Below are positions 11,517 to 21,980 of a DNA stretch of 64,000 nucleotides, piece by piece. Location of the stretch: positions 372,001 through 436,000 of the forward strand of contig PPNB01000003.1 of the NCBI GenBank assembly GCA_003707115.1, given 5' to 3'. The position numbers were made by a program, and so were the translations under genes. The number at the start of each line of letters is the position of its first letter. The first letter of the stretch is position 1. The DNA is from Tortispora ganteri. Lineage: Eukaryota. Under the pieces are notes generated by a model. The model worked only from the letters and a program-made list of their open reading frames with translations. It was not told where the DNA came from and searched no databases.

Positions 11517-11578
11517 AACGCTTAATAACAAGAAGACAAATAAATAAAAAAAGAAACACATAGAATATAAAAATCTCA

Positions 11579-12718
11579 CTACAACTTGTAGGTCGTATTC
11601 TGTAAGATGTTGTCGATATCGTTAGGGGTAATGCTGAAAGAGGGAGTCAGGTACGGACGACGATCAGGTGTCTGGGACTCGATCTCACTACGATCACTCT
11701 TCAAGTCACCCAATAAGGCAAAGGACCGGACCTGGGTTTCTGAGGAGTAGCACAAAAAGCGTTTATCCTCCTCTTCGTCGGTAAGATCGCCACCCAATAG
11801 ACGGTATCTCACATCAAAAACACCTGAGACGTCACTAATGTTATCGTCATCTGTGGCATCGGACTCGATTAGATCAGAAGAGTTCGTGTCCGAAATGCTA
11901 CCAGGAACACTTTCAACAGAGTCAGTGACGGGAGATGTAACATTTACGCAACTCTTAGCAGTTTTGATCCGATCGTACCTGCAAGGCAAGAAGAAGGCAT
12001 AGGCAGTTTGTACCAGCGGGGTCCGCTTCTGCGACGCACCAAACCGTGGCAGAGTGCGACTTAACATAGACTGCTTGCTCTTGCGTCCTGAAGGCATGCC
12101 CCTGATTTCGGGTTGAGAGGCCGAGCCGTGAGCCCGTACTGAGTTCTCGGCTTCAACCATGAATTGACCCAACTCGTCCATCTCATGTAATGGCGTCATG
12201 CAACGGTCAAGAAACGAGGAATCTATAGTATACGAGTCAGGGAAACTTTCAGGAGCAGCATACTCATCAGTGTAGAAACAGTTCTGCTGATAAGCAGGAG
12301 ACTCGCAGCAAGTCTGCGATGCAGTTTTCGCTAAGTCGAGGCTGCGACGTTGAGAGCGGCCAAATGATTTCACCATAGTGTTGAACTTTGCGGTGAAACG
12401 GTTTCTGAATGTACTTTTAGTCAGGGTATTGGAATAAATATTTTCCAGCTCTTCTTTATAGGTATTGGTATACACACTAGAGGTAGCGCTCGGTGGATGT
12501 TTACTGGCGCGGCGGACAAATGCATCTTCATTCAGGTCAGAGATACCACGGGGCTTTAAAAGTTCACTAGGACGCGTCTTCATACGCTGAAACACAGCCG
12601 GGTTCTTCCATCCTGGAAGTGGACGAAAATGCGGCAGCTCATCTGAGTATATGTAGCCATCGGCGCTTCTATACATATTGGCAGTAGTTGGAGTGGGTCC
12701 ACGATTGCAGAGCTCCAT
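11579..12718 (-). CDS. Hypothetical Ser/Thr-rich protein
   Basis: 379-aa ATG ORF with no overlapping competitor; no recognised domain. Confidence 0.65.
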   Translation of the reverse strand: MELCNRGPTPTTANMYRSADGYIYSDELPHFRPLPGWKNPAVFQRMKTRPSELLKPRGISDLNEDAFVRRASKHPPSATSSVYTNTYKEELENIYSNTLTKSTFRNRFTAKFNTMVKSFGRSQRRSLDLAKTASQTCCESPAYQQNCFYTDEYAAPESFPDSYTIDSSFLDRCMTPLHEMDELGQFMVEAENSVRAHGSASQPEIRGMPSGRKSKQSMLSRTLPRFGASQKRTPLVQTAYAFFLPCRYDRIKTAKSCVNVTSPVTDSVESVPGSISDTNSSDLIESDATDDDNISDVSGVFDVRYRLLGGDLTDEEEDKRFLCYSSETQVRSFALLGDLKSDRSEIESQTPDRRPYLTPSFSITPNDIDNILQNTTYKL

Positions 12719-13041
12719 GTCCTTAGAGTGGTACGTCAGAGAAAAGACAAAGAGAAGTTCAAGGAACGCAAAATCTACTCAAAAAAATAAAAAAGCGCAA
12801 AAAGATGTAGTGCAGTCAGTATCACCCAAAAGTTCTTGTTAAGAGGTATTAGTAAAGCTATGTTCACTCATGCGTGCTCTTCTTATATGCGCATGTCTGC
12901 TGCATCGCATGTAACAATCAAGTTCTGTAAAGCCCTACTAGCCCTAGATACGTTCTTTCCGCATACATGTATGTCTGGTGTGTCCGCCTTTCTACGGGGT
13001 CTTAAAGCGACTAATATTATTTTATTCTGCTCGCTAGTTAG

Positions 13042-14127
13042 CTACTCGTTGCTAGACTGGAACGGGAGTCCCGCGTTATTGTAAGCCAGTCGGTTGTACG
13101 TGAATGGCCGCACCAGCACCGATAACCACGGAATTCCCGATCGAGAGGTAGAAATCAACCGCTCGACTGCTGTTGCAGGATCGTCACCCATGCCCATAAA
13201 ATAAGCCAGAAGACCTGCCACCTGAGGGCTCGCCATTGACGTTCCGGACATACAGCTGGGCGTAGGGCTGTCCATGTTGGCGTTCACGCTTCGTACATCA
13301 ACACCAGGCGCGAACACTGTGACCGCACGGCCCCAGTTGCTGAATGATGCAATTCGGTTAGAGTAGTCAATTGCTCCCACTACTACAACATTTCGAGAAC
13401 TCGCTGGGCTCATTGCAGAAGCCGGGATGTTAGAGTTCCCTGCAGCGACAACAACGGCCAGCCCTGAAAGGACTGCAGCATCTATTGCCGCGTTCATTAT
13501 AGAACTACGCGCTCCACCTAACGATAAATTTGCAACACCTGGTCGTTGCATTTCGATTCTATGGTTGGCAGCAAAGTCGATTCCCGCTATCACGTCCGAG
13601 AGTGAACCAGATCCATCTTTCTTGAGAGTCTTTACGTTTACTATAATCGAGTTCTTGCATACTCCGAATGTCTTGGACGATATCAGGCCTGCAACATGAG
13701 TCCCGTGTCCATGCTGATCTTCAAACCCCTCTCCCGTGAGGTCCTTTCCTTCTATAACTCTCCCTTCGAATTCACGATGCTTCTTGTTCACCCCCGTATC
13801 TAGCACATATGCATACACACCAGAACCAGAACTATGATCATACGCATAATGCGGAGTTTGAGAAAGGAAGGACAGATGCTTAGGTGACTGCTGCTGGACT
13901 TTTATTAAACCGAAAGCATGAATAATTGTGTCCTCCTGTACTTCAGCGATAAGTGAATCACTCTCAAGGATTTGAAGGGTGTTCGGCGACCCTTTGAGCG
14001 CAAGGCCTTCAAACCCGCCAAAAGAAAATGTATATATCACAGAATTTTCCAGGTATGGTCTGAGTCTGAGATATTCAGACACGCATGTACCCGATGCTAG
14101 TTGCAGTACAGTGTTAGCATGGGACAT
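13042..14127 (-). CDS. RRT12: Subtilisin-like S8 protease, Rrt12/Osw3 (spore wall) type
   Basis: Catalytic DTG, HGTHVAG, AAGN, SGTSMASP; I9-like prodomain; GKDLTGEGFEDQHGHGT and C-terminal RPFTYNRLAYN resemble Rrt12. Orthology is by recall; the start codon is uncertain. Confidence 0.8.
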   Translation of the reverse strand: MSHANTVLQLASGTCVSEYLRLRPYLENSVIYTFSFGGFEGLALKGSPNTLQILESDSLIAEVQEDTIIHAFGLIKVQQQSPKHLSFLSQTPHYAYDHSSGSGVYAYVLDTGVNKKHREFEGRVIEGKDLTGEGFEDQHGHGTHVAGLISSKTFGVCKNSIIVNVKTLKKDGSGSLSDVIAGIDFAANHRIEMQRPGVANLSLGGARSSIMNAAIDAAVLSGLAVVVAAGNSNIPASAMSPASSRNVVVVGAIDYSNRIASFSNWGRAVTVFAPGVDVRSVNANMDSPTPSCMSGTSMASPQVAGLLAYFMGMGDDPATAVERLISTSRSGIPWLSVLVRPFTYNRLAYNNAGLPFQSSNE

Positions 14128-14206
14128 CGACACCTTACTATGGAATCTATTTCCTTGGGTCTTATATCACCCTAAAAGGTTGTACTCCCTAACTCGGAGG
14201 AGGATG

Positions 14207-14215
14207 GCCACAAAA
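14207..14215 (+). promoter_or_regulatory. Middle sporulation element (Ndt80 site) GCCACAAAA
   Basis: Exact GNCRCAAAW match about 80 bp upstream of the RRT12-like ATG. Confidence 0.55.
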
Positions 14216-14490
14216 TCCTGTATCACTGAAGACACTCGGATGCCTAATATACTATTATGCGCTGATGCGCGTTAGCTGGCACATTCTACATGAATGCACT
14301 TGAACCCGCCGTGATTGGGACCGTCTCATTATGCCCTTCTTCTATATGCTCTTACAGTGCACGGAATTGCATAATTGCAAGTACGTTTTTGAACTAAAAA
14401 TCATTTTACGTTATGGAATATGAAACACCATTGATTTAGTGACTTAAAATTGTCACAAACCTGTGGCTTTAACAAAGATAACTCTGTATA

Positions 14491-15429
14491 TCATACATTG
14501 TCATCTGGGACTAAAGTTGATACACTCTGCGGCGTTTCCCTAGACTCTACCGCACCTCGCGAAATAGGATAAAAAGGCTGTGCGCTGCTACCATGAGGAT
14601 AAATTTCAGGTATGGAATTAGAAGGCGAGTATAGCGACATGCTCGAGCGAATCACACGTACTCCTTCTCCAGCTGCAGGTGAGTCCCACTGATTCCGACT
14701 TCTTCGCGTATTTAACATGGAATGAATCGAAGGTCTTGATGGATTTCCTAAATATAAAACATCGTCTTGGTATCTGGAAAAGTTCTGGCCGTATTCTGAT
14801 CCTTCTGATAGCAACGAAGATGAATGCCGCATCGGACTCCTAGATGGAACCAGAGAGTTGTATCCAGCGTTTTGTGAATCATAGCTGCTGCTAGACGTCC
14901 CAGGGCTGTAAGATATTATGAACGGCCTGTATCGCTGATCAGGCCCGTAATAACCACCACCTCTACTGAGCAGGCGCCCTCTTGAGGCAGTTCTCTTTCT
15001 AAACAGCCGCTTCAGACTAAGCCAAAATCCTCTCGACTTGCTCCGTCGGCCATAGTTATCCTGATAACGCGGCCTGAACAGATTTCTATTTGCACTGTCG
15101 TATATTCTGGATAATCTGCGACTTTGGTGCGATTGACTGGTGCACCATGACACAGATAAGAACACAGTGATGAATATTAGCGTTGTCGCTAGCACTGTGA
15201 GTATGATCGAGGCTATGGCCGTTGCATACACGCCAATAGAGGTGGAGCAGCCAGTATGATTGGTTCTCATTTCCCATTTTTCTCCTATAGGACATACTGA
15301 TGTATGACGAATTGGATAGAATATGTCATCCAAGAACCCCCCTGCTTCAATTTCCACACATTTTGCTGAGAAGTAGCACCATGCATAGTTTTTCCCTTTC
15401 TTCAAGCAGGACCCACAGAGATTATCCAT
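14491..15429 (-). CDS. Single-pass membrane protein with N-terminal Cys-rich PSI-like domain
   Basis: CGSCL...WCYFSAKCV...CP..EKWEMRT...GC followed by a long hydrophobic helix and an Arg/Ser-rich tail; the 5' end may lack an exon. Confidence 0.65.
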   Translation of the reverse strand: MDNLCGSCLKKGKNYAWCYFSAKCVEIEAGGFLDDIFYPIRHTSVCPIGEKWEMRTNHTGCSTSIGVYATAIASIILTVLATTLIFITVFLSVSWCTSQSHQSRRLSRIYDSANRNLFRPRYQDNYGRRSKSRGFWLSLKRLFRKRTASRGRLLSRGGGYYGPDQRYRPFIISYSPGTSSSSYDSQNAGYNSLVPSRSPMRHSSSLLSEGSEYGQNFSRYQDDVLYLGNPSRPSIHSMLNTRRSRNQWDSPAAGEGVRVIRSSMSLYSPSNSIPEIYPHGSSAQPFYPISRGAVESRETPQSVSTLVPDDNV

Positions 15430-16377
15430 ATCTTGGAAAGTTATCTAATTTTGTTTTTTAGATAGTAGTGCAAGTTATTTTTGCGAGAAATTGCTCGTCT
15501 ATTTTCTGTCTTAGCTTGTGGTTTGAGATCTTTATTGTTTCGGGTCATATGGCTTCGTCACAGGGTCCAACAGGCGTGCACCGGCTATTCATCCCTTACC
15601 AGGAACCGTCAAGGTCAGCGATCGTAATTTTGTTTAATACAACAATAATCTTAAGTTCAACTGGCTTACCGTACGAAAGATCACATGTTTGACTTCGAAC
15701 CAGGCGTGTGTCTTTTCGCGAACGCATCAGCGCAGCCGTTGGTCACGGTGACCCATAACACAAGCATGCGCACAACAATGCATGTGATACATCTGCGTAT
15801 TTGAATAATGCTATGTTTTATATTAATCAATGTACCTATGTTTTGTTCTTTATCTCTTACCTAAGTCTGCATCAGAATAATTCGTTTACCGCTTTGGGCA
15901 ATATATTTACATTGTAAACAGTACAGCCAATAGCGGGAAAGGAAAGCTCCCACTAAGGATATAAGCAGTAGCGCAACAAACAGCACTTCTTATAGCACAC
16001 TGTTGTTTTTACTTGTACAGCCAAGAACAGCTTATTAAAGCAAATATTTTGGATTTATTTAAATCAAAAAAGACTGCAATAAAAAGTCATACTACAAGAC
16101 TTTTGGATTATTAACATTTCAGTTGCGAAGAATTACAAAAGCAGGCATTCCATCAGTTATATACCGTTCCCTTGATACGTACAAACTAAGGGAATACATA
16201 TCGTAGTGGCTTCAATAACTAAACGCTTCATTTACGCTGCAATATTTTGGGTCGCTGCCACACAAACAGAAATTGGCCGGCGGTTCTTTAGCTCAGATAA
16301 TCAAAAAGAGGAACCAGGTACGAACGAAACAAGAATTGCTGAACAACAACGATCGTTATCAGAAGACATAGAGAAAA

Positions 16378-16899
16378 ATGGAAACATTAAGAAGTCCCTC
16401 AAAGCTCTCAAACTCACATTCAGAGGTACAGAGAGGGCCTGAAGGCCATATGGTCACTAAAAGACTGCAAAGCGAACTTATGCAGCTAATGATGTCCAGT
16501 CCTCCCGGAATAAGTGCTTTTCCTACGTCGGATTCTAATATCTTGGAGTGGAACGGTACTATTACTGGACCTGAAGATACTCATTACGAAAATCTAACGT
16601 ATCGAATTTCTTTGTCATTTCCTGGAAACTATCCATATGCCGCACCAACGATAAAGTTTGTTTCGCCTATGTGGCATCCAAACGTAGACCTTGCGAGCGG
16701 ACAGATTTGTTTAGATATCCTAAAAGAGAAGTGGTCTGCAGTCTACAATGTTCAAACCATTCTTCTTAGTCTTCAATCCCTTCTCGGTGAACCGAACAAC
16801 AAGTCTCCTTTGAATCCGTACGCCGCCAATTTATGGGATACCAATCCCAAAACCTATAAACAGAAAGTCATGGAGCACTATCAGGAAATCACTGATTAA
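16378..16899 (+). CDS. UBC11: Ubiquitin-conjugating enzyme E2-C (APC/C E2)
   Basis: [19 protein letters not shown], active-site [31 protein letters not shown]. Confidence 0.92.
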   Translation: METLRSPSKLSNSHSEVQRGPEGHMVTKRLQSELMQLMMSSPPGISAFPTSDSNILEWNGTITGPEDTHYENLTYRISLSFPGNYPYAAPTIKFVSPMWHPNVDLASGQICLDILKEKWSAVYNVQTILLSLQSLLGEPNNKSPLNPYAANLWDTNPKTYKQKVMEHYQEITD

Positions 16900-17158
16900 A
16901 CCTGACAGCTGTATAAACACACAAGCACACTATACCACATCAAAGTGACAGATAACTGAAGCTTAAAGTCTTGCTAATGAGATTGAAATAAAGTGCTCTG
17001 ACAGTCTCAGTTTCTGTTCGTCCAAGAATGCAGATGTATGAATGCCGTGGTGCTATTCACCACACGGACGTTCCATCATAGTTCTCCATGTCCATCAAGT
17101 GTTCGTGACATATACGTTAACTCTTATCGTAAATCTATTTATTGAACAAGAAAAGATA

Positions 17159-17821
17159 TCAAGAATCAGTAGAGGAGTCGGCAGTAGTCAAATTATCATC
17201 CTTTTTATGAGTAAATGAGATTTTGAGCTTGACTGGCGGCTGCGATGTAGTAGGTTCATCAGCTGAAGGAGCGGCTTCGTCAGAAATGGATTCGTCGGGA
17301 GGCAAGGTCATAGAAGATAATGACGATTTAGATTTCTTTTTTCCAGATAGCTTTATCTTTTTGATGGTTTTCAGATTTTCCACTGCTGTCTGTATCTCTG
17401 CCGCTGGCTGCTCAGAGTCGGTAGGCGTCGGGCTATCCCTATCGTGCTCCGTAACCGCGGTGGGAGATTGGTATTTCTGTTCAGGTTCGAGTTCGGACTC
17501 GTTTTCACCTATCCAGCATTTTGTAGTAAAAGTGTAGCCTGTGAAAGATTTAATAGATATATCTTGCGGAGTCCATGCTCTGACTGACTTGCCTGATCGA
17601 TCTAATGCGCGGATACTAGCTCGTGGTGGTTTGCCGAAGACAGCAGTAGAGTCCTGTATTTCTGCGGGCTTGTTCGGGACAGTACGAGGCTTTGCAACAG
17701 GTTTAGATTTCATAGGAGTCTCATACTTCTTCTCCAAACTTTTCAGCTTTTCTGGCGACAATTTAAAAACAATTGGCGACATAGTGGCGTTAGTACAGAG
17801 AAAAGAACTTACCATGTCCAT
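17159..17821 (-). CDS. IES4: INO80 complex subunit Ies4-like
   Basis: RALDRSGK..R.W....IKSFTG signature and N-terminal IVFKLSPEKL; the start could be the ATG at 17821 or 17782. Confidence 0.75.
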   Translation of the reverse strand: MDMVSSFLCTNATMSPIVFKLSPEKLKSLEKKYETPMKSKPVAKPRTVPNKPAEIQDSTAVFGKPPRASIRALDRSGKSVRAWTPQDISIKSFTGYTFTTKCWIGENESELEPEQKYQSPTAVTEHDRDSPTPTDSEQPAAEIQTAVENLKTIKKIKLSGKKKSKSSLSSMTLPPDESISDEAAPSADEPTTSQPPVKLKISFTHKKDDNLTTADSSTDS

Positions 17822-17921
17822 TGTGAAATGGGTAGGATCTGCGGTTACCCTACTTCTATTATAGGTTTTTTTTTCTCTGAGCTCATTTTTCTCCAGCTTG
17901 AGATCTTAAAATACAACACTG

Positions 17922-18884
17922 ATGGCTGAAGATTCGATATCTGATCTAAAATCTATTTTATGCAATGAGTCAGGGAATGTAGAATTAGCGCGGCGGTTTC
18001 GAGCGCTGTTTGCACTTAAGGCAGCTGCTTCAGACGGATCAGACGAAGCCGTTAATGCTATAGCTGAAGGATTCAAAGACGAATCAGATCTACTCAAACA
18101 TGAGCTCGCATATGTTTTAGGCCAGACTGGTCATGATCTAGCTAAAGAGAGATTACGCGAAGTGTTCTTAGATAGCAAACACCAAAGCGAGATAGTTCGT
18201 CATGAAGCAGCTGAAGGGCTGGGTGCGCTTGGAGATTCCGATTCTTTGGATCTGCTGATAAAATCGCGCGATACCGATCCTAGCGAGGTAATTAGACAAA
18301 CTTGTGAGCTTGCAGTTGCAAGAATTGAGTGGCTGAAAAGCGAAGCGTCAAAATCTGAGCGGTTAGGACAATCCCTCTACAGCTCTGTCGACCCGGCTCC
18401 TCCCCTTCCATTAGACGATGAGAAGTCCACTATAGCGTCTGACACAGACTCTGACAATGGAACACTTGATGTAAATGCTGCCAAGTACGGTGCGCTACTT
18501 AGAGACCAGGACAAACCTTTGTTTGAGCGCTATCGAGCTATGTTCAGGCTGAGAGACATGGGCACCGCTAGAGCTGTGGAAGAGCTAGCACTGGCGTTTG
18601 ACGATCCATCTGCGCTGCTGAGACATGAAGTTGCATATGTTTTTGGCCAAATGTCAGATCCAAGGTCAGTACCTGCATTGACAAAAGTACTGAATAATGA
18701 AAAAGAAGAGGGGATGGTTAGACACGAAGCTGCTGAAGCACTGGGGAGCATTGCGTCAGAAGATGTGCTGGATCTCCTTAAATCGAAAGTGAACGACGAA
18801 GAAAGAGTTGTCAGGGAATCTGCTGTTGTTGCTTTAGATATGTATGAGTACGAAAATTCTGGGGAGCTGGAGTATGCTACATAG
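17922..18884 (+). CDS. LIA1: Deoxyhypusine hydroxylase
   Basis: HEAT-like repeats with four HE motifs ([29 protein letters not shown]); SSVDPAPP linker. Confidence 0.96.
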   Translation: MAEDSISDLKSILCNESGNVELARRFRALFALKAAASDGSDEAVNAIAEGFKDESDLLKHELAYVLGQTGHDLAKERLREVFLDSKHQSEIVRHEAAEGLGALGDSDSLDLLIKSRDTDPSEVIRQTCELAVARIEWLKSEASKSERLGQSLYSSVDPAPPLPLDDEKSTIASDTDSDNGTLDVNAAKYGALLRDQDKPLFERYRAMFRLRDMGTARAVEELALAFDDPSALLRHEVAYVFGQMSDPRSVPALTKVLNNEKEEGMVRHEAAEALGSIASEDVLDLLKSKVNDEERVVRESAVVALDMYEYENSGELEYAT

Positions 18885-18994
18885 ATAGACATGCATCGCT
18901 TACAGGGATATAATATTATAGAAAAAGCAAAACCTATAGGATCATTAGTCGTAAAGAAAGATTTGTTTAGCATTGCGAACGTATAGTTCTCGAA

Positions 18995-19375
18995 CTAGTT
19001 ATTAGTTCTGAACTTATAGTTGCACTTTATACATGAATAAAAGACAGTTGCACCTTCATCTGCCGATCGCAGTTGCAAAGTTTGGTATTTCATCTCATCG
19101 TAACCACACTGCGGACATTTCTCCTTGATGGTAGCGCCGTCATCTTGTTTACCAGCTGCCATTTTTGCTGCAGCAGTATGAACAACAGACTTCTTAGTTC
19201 TTAAAGAAGACGGAAAAGCGTTGGGTGTGGATTGAGAGGTAACAGATAGGTTTCCGAATTTTTCGACAGGGTATATCGATCCACAAGCTTCGCACGATAT
19301 GTGTTTCGAGCTATCCGGCAGATCCACCATTTCGCCACATTTTGTACAAAATATTAGGGGCCCTACCAACGACAT
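18995..19375 (-). CDS. RPA12: RNA polymerase I subunit A12.2
   Basis: Two zinc ribbons; QLRSADEGATVFY.C..C. Confidence 0.95.
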   Translation of the reverse strand: MSLVGPLIFCTKCGEMVDLPDSSKHISCEACGSIYPVEKFGNLSVTSQSTPNAFPSSLRTKKSVVHTAAAKMAAGKQDDGATIKEKCPQCGYDEMKYQTLQLRSADEGATVFYSCIKCNYKFRTNN

Positions 19376-21980
19376 GGTTCAAATTAGATATTTTATATGC
19401 GTACAAAAATTCTAAGAAATGTGGGGCGCAGGTAACAAGCAGGAACCGTGTCTGGCTTGTGCAAGCAAAAGAAAAAAAACTAAAGCAGAAAACAGAGAAT
19501 CGGAAGCAAAAAACTTTAAAAGCTTCAAAACCACATTTGCAATTGTTTGGCGATTAGATCATACTCTTGCACCAAATTCTGGCTACTAAAGAGAAGCATA
19601 CCATAATTTACAATGTAATCTATAATTATTTTAAATATGTGTGTAGACAATTGAGCAGGAACTAGGCTTTGAAGTTGTGATAGAGGAACAGCCGGGCAGT
19701 CAAAAGGGGTGAAAGGTTTGAGTAGTTATAATTGCGAAAGAGCTGGAGATTTCAGGTACGCTGGCTTATGACTTCAGAATAAGCCAATGAGTACAATAAA
19801 CATAATTATCTAAATGTATTATATGCGTAATGCATGCCGAATATTTATACAAACAAATAGGGATGAACCTTGTCTATACTCAGTCCACACAGTCGTGAAC
19901 AGCTCGATTGAACATGCAGCTCTAATTCAAATCATTTGCTTTAATTATAAGGAATATTTTATATAATTTTCTGATAGAATAATAAATTTGCGCTCTAAAG
20001 TTAGTGGAATGAGCAGATAAAAGAGTGACATTCTGACATGCAGACCTCGGACAAGGTACATGTAAAAGATGCAAAGTCGTGACCAACGCGGGCAATACAA
20101 GACTAGATTTACGTCAGTAAAGTAATTGAAAGTCTTGAGTCAGTGTTATGTGATAATTAAATACGTAAAGGAGATCAGTCTGAAATTAGGCCGTTTTAGG
20201 ACGATATTGCACATTTAAGTGACTATCAGGCTGTTACGTCTTGGCATTATTCATTATAGTTTAATTCTTAAAATCTTATGATCTTCAATACAGTCGTAGC
20301 ATGCACATAGATATCGGTGTAAATTTAATTCATCAACTCATTTCTATCTTTGAGGATAATTTAAAACTCTCAAAATGCTGACTTATTCATTCGGACGTAT
20401 AGTATCGCCGGATAAAAGCTATAACCACGGAGACTAAACAAGTCGACGTTTGTTTGCGATAATTTCGACCATGCGACGTAATAGAATGATAATTCCATTT
20501 GCATGAATAGCAAATATTCTGCTTGCTTATAGTAACTGCTTTCATTGTCGAATACCACGTAATAGGACAGTTTGGTCCAACTATATGTCTCGCGTTTTCT
20601 ACTGATTGTGTGATGAGCACAAGTTATGGAAGAGATATACTGCCAACCGTACTCTAGTGAGTACGGCTAAATATTAGTTCATTTTGGTTTGCAGCAGTAG
20701 TAGTTTTGTATAAGAATGATGGTCACAGTATATTTTTTAAATATTGCTAACTGATTACAGTAAGCTGACTTTTTTCCTGTCCAAACTACCTTAACAAGAT
20801 GTGTCGTGATTGCAAGGACATCAAACTAATCTAATGAACGCCCGTCCCTTGAGTTACAAAAAAACATAAGGTATATTACGTTTGTTTAACGTAGTAATTT
20901 GTCTTGTATGAATATTTCTCAGTTATATCGAAACAAGTACACATAGCACAATGAACTCTATAAATGACTTTTGCACCACTATTGGATGTAAGGAATAATA
21001 TACTAAAGGAACTTTGTCTTTCCGAACTTGGACAATAATAGACTTATTATCTTTTATTGACGAGAAGCGGAATCGGGCTCATTACTTACTGTCCTTAGCT
21101 CTTCTCTTAGTGTTATATTATTTAAGATTTTTAGACCTCTTTATAAGCTTATAGGAGAAGGAACGGTAAGAACGATACCGGCCGCTTAGAGCGGTTCTGA
21201 GATATCATCACCATTAACCAATTCGGAATCGAAGCATGATTCATATACTTATACATACAAGTATAATATTTTGAGGCAATATTTTGCATAATATCTTAGT
21301 TTTTTTTTAATTTAACTGCTTATTATGAGGTAGCAATTTAGCACAATTTTTGCTCCCACAGATCACCTACCGTCTGTGGCTTAGCTTATAACCATATAGA
21401 CTCTCTGAACACGCCATACAGCCTACATGAGCATAACTTCTGGAATTCACCTGAAAGATAATCTATGCTTTTACGATCTTTTAATTTGGTATTTGAAGTA
21501 GGAATAGCTTCTGATTTTTACAATTTTGAGGTGTCTAGCGGGGTTCCAAAATTAACCCCACGTTTTAGTGACGGCGCGGAAAAAACCTTGTTTAATAAGT
21601 CAAAAAAGTTGCCAAGACTTTTCCACACCTTCTAAGTTCGCTAAAAACCGCAAATTACACATCTTGAACGTCTTCCTACACTCACAAAATTCTTATTTGT
21701 CGGTGGAACTCATCAAAACGGTATATATTTGGTTATTTCTATTGTTAAAAGTGAAATTTTAGCAATTAAAAACGAAATACTGCTTTAAAACGACCTTTTC
21801 ATCTTTTGTTTTGGTTTTTTTTTTGCGGACCGATCTTGCCACGGTTGACCGACCCTCTTTTCAACTAATTACCCTTGCCAAGCCGTAATAACACCTAACC
21901 GGAATACTGCGAACTGTCATTTTTTTCATTCACCCTTTAAGTTTTTACCAGCACGCTGGCCGTTCCTTGCGCTGGATAGA

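Noticed and set aside
15690..15705. GGTTCGA on the minus strand resembling a tRNA T-loop/B box
   Set aside because: Fails the GWTCRANNC consensus and no cloverleaf can be folded.
15853..15880. CTTACCTAAG resembling the U1 snRNA 5' end
   Set aside because: Lacks ATACTTACC, the U1-70K loop and a positioned Sm site.
16206..16442. 78-aa ORF overlapping the UBC11 start
   Set aside because: GTG start, no recognisable similarity; most likely leader sequence.
20647..20680. Hairpin as a possible Helitron 3' end
   Set aside because: No correctly spaced CTRR terminus, no Rep/helicase remnants and no second copy in the window.
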